DNA of 64,000 nucleotides from an uncultured Actinomycetes bacterium. GTDB lineage: Bacteria > Actinomycetota > Thermoleophilia > Gaiellales > JAICJC01. The notes beneath the pieces were generated by a model. That model was given only the letters and a program-made list of their open reading frames with translations, was not told the origin of the DNA and ran no database searches. Positions 28,116-38,093 of the stretch are shown here, one piece after another; the first letter of the stretch is position 1; each line of letters opens with the position of its first letter. Both the position numbers and the translations under genes were made by a program. The stretch lies in NCBI GenBank assembly GCA_963718315.1, contig CAVQZC010000006.1, positions 262,065 through 326,064 on the forward strand, read 5' to 3'.

Positions 28116-28877
28116 GTGGACTACGATCGCCCTGTGCCGCCCGAGGAGTCGCGCCGGATCGCGCAGACGTTCGGGGCGCTCTACCTGATCACCTTCATTA
28201 CATCGATCCCTGCGCTGTGGCTGTACCAGCCGGTGCTGGATCACCCCGAGGCGTACGTCGCCGGCGCGGGCCACAACAATAAGATCCTCCTGGGCGCGTT
28301 CCTGGAACTGCTGCTGATCATCGCCAACATCGGCACTGCCGTCGTCGTGTACCCGCTGCTCAAGCGCGTCAACGAAGCTCTCTCGATCGGCTACGTGACC
28401 GCTCGCCTCGTCGAATGCACGTTCATCCTGATCGGGATCCTGACCATGCTTGCCGTGGTCACGTTGCAGCGAAACCCCGCCGCAGGAAGCCAAGCGACGC
28501 TCGGCGCGATCGCATACACCCTGGCTGCAATCAAGGACTGGACGTTCCTGCTGGGTCCGGGCTTCGTGGTCGGCATCGGCAACGGATTGCTGCTTGGCTA
28601 CCTGATGTACCGATCCGAGCTGGTGCCGAGGCGCATGGCCGTGCTCGGTCTCGTCGCAGGGCCGCTGATCATCATCTCGGGCATCGCCGTGATGTTCGGC
28701 CTCGCCCAGCAGGGCGGCCCGCTCCAGGGCATCGCAACGATCCCCGAGTTCATCTGGGAGCTGTTCCTCGGGATCTACCCGCTCGTCTGGGGCTTCAAGG
28801 CGGCGCCGATCCTCTCCGGAACCAACCGACGCGGCTACCTCCCTCCAGACGGGGGTCCGGCGGTCGCGGCCAGCTAG
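28116..28877 (+). CDS. DUF4386-like polytopic membrane protein
   Basis: ORF 28035-28877. GTG 28116 follows GGAGAACGGAGAAG. FGALYLITFITSIPAL and six hydrophobic segments. Confidence 0.6.
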   Translation: MDYDRPVPPEESRRIAQTFGALYLITFITSIPALWLYQPVLDHPEAYVAGAGHNNKILLGAFLELLLIIANIGTAVVVYPLLKRVNEALSIGYVTARLVECTFILIGILTMLAVVTLQRNPAAGSQATLGAIAYTLAAIKDWTFLLGPGFVVGIGNGLLLGYLMYRSELVPRRMAVLGLVAGPLIIISGIAVMFGLAQQGGPLQGIATIPEFIWELFLGIYPLVWGFKAAPILSGTNRRGYLPPDGGPAVAAS

Positions 28878-28923
28878 TCGAGGTACCGCGCGATATACGG
28901 TTACGCCGGGTGTTGGCGGGCGG

Positions 28924-29430
28924 CTACGTGAAGATGATCTGGCCGGCGGCGGCCTTCTCGTAGAACTGGCCGACGCTGATGATGTCTGCGACCTGGGGGA
29001 CGAAGTCGTTCATGGCCAGGCCGAACATGTCGACGGTCGCCTTGCAGGCGTAGAGGTTGGCGCCGGAGTCCGATATGAGTTCGATGAACTCGGGGATCGG
29101 CGGGATGTCGATCTTCTCCATCTGTCGCGCCATCATGCGGGTGGCGAGGGCTGAGAAGCCGGGGAGTGCGCCGAGCAGTGTTGGCAGGTGCATGCCGGGA
29201 TTGCCGACGGTGGCGACCTTGATCTTGGCGTAGCGGTCCTTGCGGATGGCGTCGAGGCCGAAGAACGTGAAGAACAGGTCGGCCTCGATGCCTTCCATGC
29301 GGGCGCCGTTGGCCATGATCAGGCCGGGGTAGATCCCTTCGAGCGATCCCTTGGAGATGACGATCGCAACCTTCTGGATCGTGTCGGGCTCGGCGGTTGC
29401 CGCCGCTTGATAGGCGAGTGTGTCGGTCAT
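28924..29430 (-). CDS. DsrE/DsrF/DrsH-like sulfur-carrier family protein
   Basis: 168 aa. KVAIVISKGSLEGIYPGLIMANGARMEGIEADLFFTFFGLD, and YACKATVDMFG with a conserved Cys. Confidence 0.8.
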   Translation of the reverse strand: MTDTLAYQAAATAEPDTIQKVAIVISKGSLEGIYPGLIMANGARMEGIEADLFFTFFGLDAIRKDRYAKIKVATVGNPGMHLPTLLGALPGFSALATRMMARQMEKIDIPPIPEFIELISDSGANLYACKATVDMFGLAMNDFVPQVADIISVGQFYEKAAAGQIIFT

Positions 29431-29442
29431 CGTGGGTTCCTC

Positions 29443-29760
29443 CTAGATGCAGCCGGTGGGCTTGGGAATGCCGCCGATCCGGGCGGCCAGCTTGGCCGGC
29501 CCCTTGGGGAACAGCTGGTAGAGCTCCTTGACGGGGACGCCCGACTCCTTGCCGAGCGACCGGATTGAGGGGGCGCTGCCGGTTGCGAGGTAGCGGTCTC
29601 GCATGAACCGGACGACCAGCCAGTGCCGGTCGCTCAGCTCGGGGATGCCGTTGTCCTTGGCGATCGCCTCGGCGATCTCCTCGTTCCACTGCTCGGGTTT
29701 GGTCAGGAAGCCTTCGGCGTCGATGTCAACCGGTTGCTGTGCGATCAGTGTGGTGGCCAT
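29443..29760 (-). CDS. TusE/DsrC family sulfur relay protein (single C-terminal Cys)
   Basis: 105 aa. GFLTKPEQWNEEIAEAIAKDNGI, HWLVVRFMRDRY, C-terminus IPKPTGCI. Confidence 0.8.
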   Translation of the reverse strand: MATTLIAQQPVDIDAEGFLTKPEQWNEEIAEAIAKDNGIPELSDRHWLVVRFMRDRYLATGSAPSIRSLGKESGVPVKELYQLFPKGPAKLAARIGGIPKPTGCI

Positions 29761-29771
29761 GACGACTCCTC

Positions 29772-31034
29772 TCAGCTCGTCGTTGGTATCCGGGTCTTGC
29801 CGTGCGTTGGCATCGTCGGTCCGATGCCGGGGATCTCGCGTCCCGGCAGCAGCGCGTGCCAGTAGACCCACTGGAACGCGAGCTTGCCGAGGTGGTTGAG
29901 CCGCGACTCGCGCAGCAGCGGAAGCCCGAACACGGTCGGGAAGTGGCCGGGGAGCGGCTCGGTGTCGTAGTTGAAGTCGATCAGCAGGGCCTTGTGGAAG
30001 CCGGTCTCGATGAAGCAGTTCGCGTGGCCGTCATAGCCCTCGTCGAGATCCTCACCGGCCAGGTAGCGGATCACGTTGTCGCTCAGCACCTCGGCCTCGA
30101 AGTGCGTCACCGAACCGGCCTTCGAGGTGGGCAGGTCGGTGGCGTCGCCGAGGGCGAAGACGTTCGGCGCGGCCTGCGACTGGAGCGTCTGCCGGTCGGT
30201 GGGTACGAAGCCCAGCGCGTCGCCGAGGCCGGGCGACCGGTCAAGGAAGTCCGCGCCCCCGTGCAGCGGCACGGTGACCAGCAGGTCGAAGTCCAACTCC
30301 CGGCCGTCATAGGAGGTGAGCTTGCCGCCGGCGCCGTCGACCTCTCCGGCGTTGAACTCGGTGACCAGCTCGATCTCCTTGGCGGCCAGCAGCGACCCCA
30401 ACCGCTGAGAGGCGACCGGCTTGGTGAACGCATCGTCCAGCGGCGTCGCGTAGATCAGCTCCGACCGCCCGCGGATTCCGCGCTCGCGGAGGTGCCAGTC
30501 AACCAGGAAGACGAACTCCAGCGGGGCGACCGGGCACTTGATCGGCATGTCGATGAGGTTGACCACCAGCCTGCCACCGTCGAAGTCGGTGAGCGCGTGG
30601 CGGAGCGCCTCGGCGCCTTCCGGCGAGTAGAACGTGAACATCCGCTGGTTCCAGCCTGGGCCTGTCAGCCCCTCGGTCTCCTCCGGCTGCAGCCGTGACC
30701 CCGAGGCGACGATCAGGACGTCGTATCGCAGCACCGTTCCGTCGCCGAGCCGGACGTGGTTCTGCCCCAGCTCGACTCCGTCGACCTCGCCCTCGTGGAA
30801 GACGATCCCGCCCGAGAGCTGGCGGCGCCGCGGCCTGACGATCTCGTCGATGTCTGCGAGCCCGAACGGGACGAACAGCAGCCCCGGCTGGTAGATGTGG
30901 CGGTCGTCGCGGTCGACGACGTGGATCTCGGCCTCGTTTGAGTCGAGGCGGCGGCGAAGACGATTGGCGACCATCGTCCCACCGGTGCCGCCACCGAGGA
31001 TCACGATCTGCCGCCGGAAGCGACGGACGCTCAT
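29772..31034 (-). CDS. Sulfide:quinone oxidoreductase-like FAD oxidoreductase (non-type-I)
   Basis: IVILGGGTGGTMVANRL, MPIKCPVAPLEF, FALGDATDLPTSKAG. ATG 31034 overlaps the OsmC stop. Confidence 0.75.
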   Translation of the reverse strand: MSVRRFRRQIVILGGGTGGTMVANRLRRRLDSNEAEIHVVDRDDRHIYQPGLLFVPFGLADIDEIVRPRRRQLSGGIVFHEGEVDGVELGQNHVRLGDGTVLRYDVLIVASGSRLQPEETEGLTGPGWNQRMFTFYSPEGAEALRHALTDFDGGRLVVNLIDMPIKCPVAPLEFVFLVDWHLRERGIRGRSELIYATPLDDAFTKPVASQRLGSLLAAKEIELVTEFNAGEVDGAGGKLTSYDGRELDFDLLVTVPLHGGADFLDRSPGLGDALGFVPTDRQTLQSQAAPNVFALGDATDLPTSKAGSVTHFEAEVLSDNVIRYLAGEDLDEGYDGHANCFIETGFHKALLIDFNYDTEPLPGHFPTVFGLPLLRESRLNHLGKLAFQWVYWHALLPGREIPGIGPTMPTHGKTRIPTTS

Positions 31035-31477
31035 GGCGCACTCTCGACGGCGGCCGGTCGAGTCGTGGCGGCCGGGTCGCACAGGATCGTCTCGGTGAAC
31101 ACGACGCCGGCCTCGAGCGAACGGCGCACCGGGCAGGCGCGCGCGACACGCTCCAGACGCTGCAGCTGGGCGGCGTCGAGCATTGTCCCCAGCGTGATGG
31201 CGATCTCGCACCGACGCGGGGTCGAGCGGTTGTCGAAGTCGACGTCGACCGACACCTCGCCCAGATCCCAGCCATGCGTCCGGGCGTACATCACCAGCGA
31301 GGTCGAAACGCACGCCGCGATCGCGGCCGGAAGCAGTTCATGCGGCGCAGGGGCGCTGCCCTCACCACCAAGCCGAAGCGGCTCATCGGTAACCAGACGG
31401 TGCTGCCCATCGATCACGACCTCCTGTCGGAGTGTCCCTCTGATCGCGTGTGCTGTGGCTGTCAAGCTCATGCACAC
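31031..31477 (-). CDS. OsmC/Ohr family protein
   Basis: 148 aa. PHELLPAAIAACVSTSLVMYA and RACPVRRSL, the two-Cys OsmC pattern. Confidence 0.75.
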   Translation of the reverse strand: MCMSLTATAHAIRGTLRQEVVIDGQHRLVTDEPLRLGGEGSAPAPHELLPAAIAACVSTSLVMYARTHGWDLGEVSVDVDFDNRSTPRRCEIAITLGTMLDAAQLQRLERVARACPVRRSLEAGVVFTETILCDPAATTRPAAVESAP

Positions 31478-31832
31478 AGCATCGCGGGGCAGCGCGCTCC
31501 CGGCATCGGGGCCACCCGGGAACGTGGCTACGGGGAAGTACGTACTCGCGAGTGCTCCGATCGGCGCCCTCTCAGCCGACGGCTGGAGGCCGGTGCTCAG
31601 AGGTCGAGTCGGTCACCTGACCACAAGCACGGACGATCGCGCATGGTGCGCGACCCGTTCGCTCACGCTTCCAAGCGACCGAAACCCGGCGCGCGATGTA
31701 GTAGCGCTGGCGCGAGCGCCCCCGGCGGCGATCCCCTCCGATCGGCTGCGAGCCGCAGAGCCGGGTTGTGGCCGCATCATCGGTGTGCTGCTGGCGGTGA
31801 GTGCGCATCCGGAGTTGGTGCGGGCCGCGGGA

Positions 31833-32588
31833 TCAGAGCAGAGCGGGCGCGTTGGCCGCGAGCAGGAGGGCTGCGACTGTCACGGCGAGGGCGGCGAACA
31901 GGTTGGTGAGTCGGCGGGATGTCGCGTTCTTGGAGAGTCGGGTGCCGAGCAGTGCGCCCACCATCGCGGTGGCGGTGAAGGCGGCGGTCGCTGCCCAGGG
32001 GATGTGGACGGCGGTCACGTGGACGGCGAGCGCCGCGATGCTGGCCACGGTGATCACGATCAGTGAGGTGCCAACCGCGTCGGTGATCGGGACGCCGAGC
32101 ACGAGGACGAGGGCGGGGACGATGAGGAAGCCGCCGCCGACGCCGAAGAACCCGGTCAGCGCTCCAGTGCCGAGGCCGACGAGAATCGTGCGAGGCACCG
32201 TGCGATCGTGGCTCGCGCCGTCGCCGCTGGGCGTTGTGCGGCGCATCGTCCAGGCCGCGACCAGCAGCAGGACCGCGAATCCTGTCAGGAGGAGGCGGCC
32301 CGAGACGGCGTTGTTTGCAACGGCGCCTGCGATCGCGCCGGGTATCGCGAAGCCGGCGAAGAGGGTCGCCGTGCGTACGTCGACGCGGCCGCCGCGGGCG
32401 TGGCTGATCCCGCCGACCACAGCGGCGGAGCCGACGATGACGAGTGAGGCTGCGGTTGCCTGGTGGGGTGTGAATCCGAGTGCGTAGACGAGCAGCGGCA
32501 CGGCCAGGATCGAGCCGCCGCCGCCCACGCCGCCCAGAGCCAGGCCGATCGTGAGGCCAAGCGGCAATGCCAGCAGGACATCGGTCAC
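31833..32588 (-). CDS. TauE/SafE family sulfite/anion exporter
   Basis: 251 aa, 8 TM, with repeated GGGGSILAVPLLV / GVGGGFLIVPALV motifs. Confidence 0.85.
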   Translation of the reverse strand: MTDVLLALPLGLTIGLALGGVGGGGSILAVPLLVYALGFTPHQATAASLVIVGSAAVVGGISHARGGRVDVRTATLFAGFAIPGAIAGAVANNAVSGRLLLTGFAVLLLVAAWTMRRTTPSGDGASHDRTVPRTILVGLGTGALTGFFGVGGGFLIVPALVLVLGVPITDAVGTSLIVITVASIAALAVHVTAVHIPWAATAAFTATAMVGALLGTRLSKNATSRRLTNLFAALAVTVAALLLAANAPALL

Positions 32589-32665
32589 CAGTTAGCGACC
32601 GCTACCGCACCGTCACGAGAGCGTGGCGAGTCCGCAGCGGCGTGTGCGATGCGGCGGTGCCTGCG

Positions 32666-32896
32666 TCAGGCACCAAGAGGGTGGTGGCCTCCGCGGTGCG
32701 TGTCGATTCCGAGCAGGCTGTAGAGCGGGCAGATCCCCACGACCGCGGTCGCGAGCATGATCACGCCAACGGCTGCCAGGAGGATGCCGGGGACGGTGGT
32801 TGCGCCGATGAGGACGGCGGCGATGGCAGCGCCGGGGGCGATGATCAGGCCTCGTGCCCACCGGTCGATGCTTCCCATGTTGTGCGTCAGCTTCAT
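32666..32896 (-). CDS. DUF2892 (YgaP-like) small membrane protein
   Basis: GSIDRWARGLIIAPGAAI ... GICPLYSLLGIDT. Confidence 0.7.
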   Translation of the reverse strand: MKLTHNMGSIDRWARGLIIAPGAAIAAVLIGATTVPGILLAAVGVIMLATAVVGICPLYSLLGIDTHRGGHHPLGA

Positions 32897-32943
32897 GATG
32901 TCGAGCCTCGCTTTCTGGTTCTCGGGTTGGTGGTTCATAGATC

Positions 32944-35055
32944 TCAGGAGTGGCCGAACCTGATGTCGGGCAGGATCCGGTCGGCCCAGTGGGGGAGCCA
33001 CCATGCCCAGGGGCCGAGGAGTCGGAGCGCGACGGGGATCAGGATGAGCCGGACGAGCAGCGCGTCGAGGAGGACGGCGACGCCGAGGATGACTCCCATC
33101 TCCTTGGGTGGCAGCGGGCCGGAGAGGGCGAACGTGAAGAAGACGGCGACCATCACTGCGGCGGCGGCGAGGATGACGCGGCCGGAGTGGGCGACACCGC
33201 CGACCATGGCTTCGTGGGGGTCGCCGGTGCGGTCGTGGTGTTCCTTGGCCGACGCCAGCAGGAAGACGGTGTAGTCCATGGCGATGGCGAAGATCATGGC
33301 GAAGAAGAACACCGGCCCCCAGGCGTCGAGGAAGCCTTGCGATTGGAAGCCGAGCAGCGATGCGCCGTCGCCGTTTTGGAAGATCAGGCGGGCGACGCCG
33401 AAAGCGGCCGCGGTGGCCAGCAGGTTGGTGAGCACGCCGACGAGTGCGATCACCGGTGCCTGCAGCGCGACCAGCAGCAGCAGGAAGCCGAGCGCGAGCA
33501 CGACACCGATCACCTTGGGTGTCGCGCGTGCGAGTGCCGCTTCGAGGTCATGGTTCTCGGCGGCTGCGCCGCCGATCAGCGCGCCGGTGGGAAGCTCGCC
33601 GCGGAGGCGGTCGATGGTCGACCCGACGCTGGGGCTGGAGGGATCGGCTTTTGGAACCGCCTGTATGAGTGCGAGTGTGCCGGTCGCGTTGAGCTGTGCG
33701 GGCATGACGGCTGCGACGCCGTGGTCGGCGGTGAGGATGCGAACCGCGGCGGATTGCTGGGCGGCGGGGACGACGACTTGCAGAGCGCCCGGCGCGCCGG
33801 GGCCGAATGCTGCAGCAACCTGGGTGTAGCCGACGCGGGAGGTGTCGCTGGTTGGCACGACTTTGATCGACGGCATGCCGGTGCGGAGGCCGACGATGGG
33901 GGCAGCCAGCAGCAGCAGGACGACCATGGCTCCGCCGCCGAACGCCAGCGGGTGGCGCCAGAGCCGCTCGGCCCAGGCCGCGAAGCGGGGGGAGCGGTGC
34001 TCGCCGGAGTGCACCCAGCGGAGCGACAGCCGATCGACGCGCGGCCCGAGCCATGCCAGCACGGCCGGCAACAGGGTCAGCGCAGCCCCCAGCACGAAGA
34101 TCACCGAGACCATGATCCCAAGCGCCATCGAGCGGAAGGCGGGGCTGGGGACGAGCATCACCGCTGAGAGCGAGATCAGCACGGTCACGCCGGAGAACAG
34201 CACGGCCTTGCCGGCGGTGTCCATCGTCACCGCCGTTGCCTCCACGGGTGACAGGTTTGAGCCGAACAGCGCTGCCCGGTAGCGGGCGACGATGAACAGC
34301 GCATAATCGATGCCCAGCGCCAGGGCGAACATGAGCGCGAAGTTCATCGCCCAGATCGAGATGTCGGCGACCTGGCTGCCCAGGAAGAGGACGCCGGCGC
34401 TGGCGACCAGGCCGGTGATGGTCAGCATCAGCGGCAGGCCCGCGGCGACCAGGGAGCCGAACGCGATCACCAGGATCAGCAGGGTGACCGGCCAGCTGAA
34501 CAGCTCCGAGCGCATCATGGCGGTGCGGTTGGCGGTGTTGAAGTCAGACCACATGGCCGAAGCGCCGGTCGCGTTGACCGTGACAGCGCCGGAACCCGCC
34601 GCCTGCAGCTCGGCCTTCAGGTGGTCGGCGGCACTGACCATCTGGGTCGGGTTGCGGGCGGCTCCGCCGATGACGAGCGCGGTGTGGCCGTCTCTGGACA
34701 GGGAGACCCCGGGCCGGGGAGGGGTCACGGACGAGATCGCCGGGTCATTGCGGAGGATTGCCTCGACGCGGCTGATGGTGGCGGCGAACGCGGGGTCGGA
34801 GAAGGACTGCGTCGGGGAGTGGACGACGACCATCAGCGCCGATGAGCTCTGTCCCGCGAACTGGTTCTGGATGATGCCGCGTGCCTCGACCGACTGCGAG
34901 CCGTTGGCTTGCCAGCCGGCTCCCGACAGGGCCGTCTCCACTCGCGGCGCGAAGAAACCGAACACGACCGCGATCGTCACCCAGACCAGCACTACCAGGC
35001 GCACGTGGGTGGCGGTGAACCGCCCCAGCCGGCCGACCGGCCCCACCGGGCTCAC
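32944..35055 (-). CDS. MMPL (RND superfamily) transporter
   Basis: ORF 32944-35142 with 12 TM in two 6-TM bundles, each following a large loop. The GTG 35055 start overlaps the ArsR stop (GTGA). Confidence 0.85.
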   Translation of the reverse strand: MSPVGPVGRLGRFTATHVRLVVLVWVTIAVVFGFFAPRVETALSGAGWQANGSQSVEARGIIQNQFAGQSSSALMVVVHSPTQSFSDPAFAATISRVEAILRNDPAISSVTPPRPGVSLSRDGHTALVIGGAARNPTQMVSAADHLKAELQAAGSGAVTVNATGASAMWSDFNTANRTAMMRSELFSWPVTLLILVIAFGSLVAAGLPLMLTITGLVASAGVLFLGSQVADISIWAMNFALMFALALGIDYALFIVARYRAALFGSNLSPVEATAVTMDTAGKAVLFSGVTVLISLSAVMLVPSPAFRSMALGIMVSVIFVLGAALTLLPAVLAWLGPRVDRLSLRWVHSGEHRSPRFAAWAERLWRHPLAFGGGAMVVLLLLAAPIVGLRTGMPSIKVVPTSDTSRVGYTQVAAAFGPGAPGALQVVVPAAQQSAAVRILTADHGVAAVMPAQLNATGTLALIQAVPKADPSSPSVGSTIDRLRGELPTGALIGGAAAENHDLEAALARATPKVIGVVLALGFLLLLVALQAPVIALVGVLTNLLATAAAFGVARLIFQNGDGASLLGFQSQGFLDAWGPVFFFAMIFAIAMDYTVFLLASAKEHHDRTGDPHEAMVGGVAHSGRVILAAAAVMVAVFFTFALSGPLPPKEMGVILGVAVLLDALLVRLILIPVALRLLGPWAWWLPHWADRILPDIRFGHS

Positions 35056-35408
35056 CGACCGCTCCCCGACAGCGCGCCGCCCGCGAACAGCTGCGCCAGC
35101 TCGGCGACCGACTGCTCGAGCGAGCCGCAGACCGTCTCGCACAGAGCGAAGACGGTGTCGTCGGCGATCGCGTAGAGGACGCGGGTGCCGTCCTTGCGGC
35201 GGGAAACGATGCCGGCCGCGTGCAGCACGCCCAGGTGACGGGAGACGTTCTGCTGCGTCGCGCCCAGCGCATTCGTCAGCTCACCGACGGACGCTTCGCC
35301 CCCGCGGAGCCGGTCGAGCAGCTTGATCCGCATCGGGTCGCCGATCACGCGGAAGCGTTCGGCGATCAGCTCGGCGACGGGGTCTGGCAGTGGGTGTGGG
35401 ACGGGCAT
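35052..35408 (-). CDS. ArsR/SmtB family transcriptional regulator
   Basis: 118 aa. RFRVIGDPMRIKLLDRL, ELTNALGATQQNVSRHLGVLHAAGIV. Cys pair LCETVC near the C-terminus. Confidence 0.85.
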   Translation of the reverse strand: MPVPHPLPDPVAELIAERFRVIGDPMRIKLLDRLRGGEASVGELTNALGATQQNVSRHLGVLHAAGIVSRRKDGTRVLYAIADDTVFALCETVCGSLEQSVAELAQLFAGGALSGSGR

Positions 35409-35478
35409 CTGGCGAACTCCTTGATCTCGGTCTGTGAGTATACTACTCTACAACTGAATCCTTGTAAAGGAGTGAAGC

Positions 35479-35892
35479 ATGATCACCACGACGCCCTACG
35501 CGATCACCACCACCGTCGATCTGGACTTCGACTCCGCAGTCAGCCGCGTTCGCGAGGAGTTGGCCACGGAGGGATTCGGCATCCTCACCGAGATCGACGT
35601 CCAGGCAACCATGGAACAGAAGCTCGGCGTCCATGGACAGCCCTACATGATCCTCGGAGCCTGCAACCCGCAGCTCGCCCACCGCGGCCTCGGCATCGAA
35701 CCTGACCTCGGAGTCCTGCTGCCCTGCAACGTCGTGGTGCGCGCCGATGCGGACGCTGTCCACGTGTCCGCGATGGAGCCCGACGCCGCGATGCGCCTCG
35801 CCGGCAATCCTGATCTCGCGCCACTGGCCGAGGAGGCGCGCGAGCGACTCGAACGAGCGCTTCACCGGCTCGCCACGAAGGAGACCCAATGA
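35479..35892 (+). CDS. DUF302 domain protein
   Basis: 137 aa. GFGILTEIDVQATMEQKLG and YMILGACNP. Confidence 0.8.
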   Translation: MITTTPYAITTTVDLDFDSAVSRVREELATEGFGILTEIDVQATMEQKLGVHGQPYMILGACNPQLAHRGLGIEPDLGVLLPCNVVVRADADAVHVSAMEPDAAMRLAGNPDLAPLAEEARERLERALHRLATKETQ

Positions 35893-37145
35893 ACACCACC
35901 GCAACAACGACCGGCGACCACACTGCAGGTTCCCAGCCGGGATCGTCCCGCCCCCGAGTGGTCGTCGTCGGCTCGAGCTTCGGCGGCCTGACAGCGGCGC
36001 TGGAGGTCAAGCATCTGCTGAAAGACCGGGTAGACGTGACGGTGATCGACCAGCGTGACTACTTCACGTTCGTGCCGTCCTTGATCTGGGTGCCGTTCGG
36101 CAAGCGAGACGCAGACGACGTGACCTTCCCCCTGGAGCCCGTCTATCGGAAGCAGGGGATCCGATTTGTGCACGCTCGCGTCACGCGATTCGACCTCGAC
36201 CACCGAACGGTGGAGACAACCAGCGAGACGATCACCTACGACCGGCTCGTCGTTGCCACCGGCCCACGGCTGGCGTTCGAGCGAGTGCCCGGACTCGGGC
36301 CAGATGGAGGTCACACGCAATCGGTGTGCACACTCGATCACGCCCTCCAGACACGCGGCGCGTGGCAGGAGTACCTGAAGAACCCCGGCCCGATCGTGAT
36401 CGGAACTGCACAGGGCGGGTCGTGCTTCGGCGCGTCCTACGAGTTCCTGCTCAACACACGCCACCAGCTCGCAAAGGCAGGACTCTCCGACCAGCCAGTC
36501 ACGTTCATCACCTCCGAGCCGTTCCTGGGCCACTTCGGCCTGGGCGGTGTCGGTGACTCCGAACGACGGGTGGAGCGGTTGTTCGACAGGCTCGCGATCC
36601 GCGGTATCGCCAACTCGTCCATCGACGGGGTCGACGATGGAGAGATCCGCCTCGCAAGCGGTGAGGTGCTGCCGTTCGCCTTCTCGATGGTCGTACCGCC
36701 GTTCACCGGCGTCGATGCGGTGGCGCAGACCCCCGGCCTTGCCAACCCGGCCGGCTTCATCCCGGTCACCGACGAGTACCGACATCCCGATCACCCCGAG
36801 GTGTTCGCCGCCGGCGTCGACATCGCCATCGCACCGCCCCAGCAGACGCTGATCCCCACGGGTGTCCCCAAGACCGGCCACATGAGCGAACACATGGCCA
36901 AGATCGCCGCAGCCAACATCGCCGCCGACTACGGCGTCGGCGACCACCGTCAGATCCCGATCGACCAGCTCGGCGCGATCTGCATCCTGGACGCCGGAAA
37001 CACCGGCCTTGCCATCAAGACCGACCGCGTGCTCGGCGGAGGCAAGCACACCCACGTCATGGCAGGCCCGCAAGCACACTGGGCAAAGCTGGCATTCGAG
37101 CGGGTCTTCCTCGCAGCGCGCAAGCGCGGATCGTTGGTGGTCTGA
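35889..37145 (+). CDS. sqr: Sulfide:quinone oxidoreductase (type I-like signatures)
   Basis: VVVVGSSFGGLTAA, GGSCFGASYEF, AICILDAGN. Its start overlaps the DUF302 stop. Confidence 0.8.
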   Translation: MNTTATTTGDHTAGSQPGSSRPRVVVVGSSFGGLTAALEVKHLLKDRVDVTVIDQRDYFTFVPSLIWVPFGKRDADDVTFPLEPVYRKQGIRFVHARVTRFDLDHRTVETTSETITYDRLVVATGPRLAFERVPGLGPDGGHTQSVCTLDHALQTRGAWQEYLKNPGPIVIGTAQGGSCFGASYEFLLNTRHQLAKAGLSDQPVTFITSEPFLGHFGLGGVGDSERRVERLFDRLAIRGIANSSIDGVDDGEIRLASGEVLPFAFSMVVPPFTGVDAVAQTPGLANPAGFIPVTDEYRHPDHPEVFAAGVDIAIAPPQQTLIPTGVPKTGHMSEHMAKIAAANIAADYGVGDHRQIPIDQLGAICILDAGNTGLAIKTDRVLGGGKHTHVMAGPQAHWAKLAFERVFLAARKRGSLVV

Positions 37146-37468
37146 TGGCTGCCCCCTTCTATACCACAGGATCCTGGCTCCCCTTCCCCGGACATGAGGA
37201 CGCCTTCATCGACGCCTGGCAGGAGTTCGCCAACTGGTCATGCCAGATACCCGGAGCACAAGTCGCCGTGCTCGCCCGCGACCTCCGCGACCCCGCCCGT
37301 TTCGTCAGCATGATCAGCTGGGACAGCATCGAAGCCGTACGAGCATGGAAGACCTCCCCGGACTTCAAACCCCAGATGGCCAAAGTCCAGCAACACATCG
37401 ACAAGTTCGCCCCCACCGAACTCGAGGTCGTCGCCAGCGCCGTGCACGAGTACGCTGCCCACCGGTAA
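37145..37468 (+). CDS. Antibiotic-biosynthesis-monooxygenase (ABM) fold protein
   Basis: 107 aa. FVSMISWDSIEAVRAWKTSPDF. Its start overlaps the SQR stop. Confidence 0.65.
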   Translation: MAAPFYTTGSWLPFPGHEDAFIDAWQEFANWSCQIPGAQVAVLARDLRDPARFVSMISWDSIEAVRAWKTSPDFKPQMAKVQQHIDKFAPTELEVVASAVHEYAAHR

Positions 37469-37863
37469 TGACCATGCCCAACCACATCGTCGTCTACGGC
37501 TCAGCCTGCCCGGCCTGTACCCAGGCCAAAGCCGTGCTCGACCACCACCACATCCCCTACGAATCCAGACCAATCTCCGACCTGCCACGCCGGCATGGCC
37601 CGGTGCGATCCATGCCCCAGATCACCGTCGACGACGAACTGCTGGGAGGGATCAACCAACTGCTGAAGCTCGCTCGCATGGGCGGCCTCGAACACCTGGC
37701 AGCCGGTGACGGGGAGTTGTGGGTTCGCGTCCGCCGCCGCCTGGGCCGCGGATACACCGTCGACCTGCTCGACCACCTGGGGCGCGTCCAGTCACGGCGG
37801 CACGCCTCTAATCGGGCAGAGGCACAGCAGATCCGCGAGGGCTTGTTGCACTCGCCGACGTAG
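37468..37863 (+). CDS. Glutaredoxin/NrdH-like protein (CPAC) with a C-terminal extension
   Basis: MTMPNHIVVYGSACPACTQAKAVL ... MPQITVDDELLGG. TAATG overlap with the upstream gene. Confidence 0.65.
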   Translation: MTMPNHIVVYGSACPACTQAKAVLDHHHIPYESRPISDLPRRHGPVRSMPQITVDDELLGGINQLLKLARMGGLEHLAAGDGELWVRVRRRLGRGYTVDLLDHLGRVQSRRHASNRAEAQQIREGLLHSPT

Positions 37864-38093
37864 TCCGGCGAACGGCGCGAACGAATGGCTAGTTCGAGTC
37901 ATGCCCGAGGTGACGCGCCGCCAGAGCCGCAGCACCCAGCACCAGAAGGCCCAGCACGGTGCTGCAGAACGTCATGAACGTGATGTAAGCCTGCTGCGGC
38001 GTCGCGGCCGTTCCCCTCTTCGAAGAGACAGCCCTGGGTGTCGCGATGCCGAGCAGTAATCGCCTGGTGAGGAGAAGTGTTGTCGGCCACGGG

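Noticed and set aside
31478-31832. A 355-bp gap between OsmC and TauE that might hide a small gene. The minus frame contains RGRSRQRYYIARR, faintly ArsR-like.
   Set aside because: There is no convincing domain, start signal or conservation evidence. It is left unannotated.
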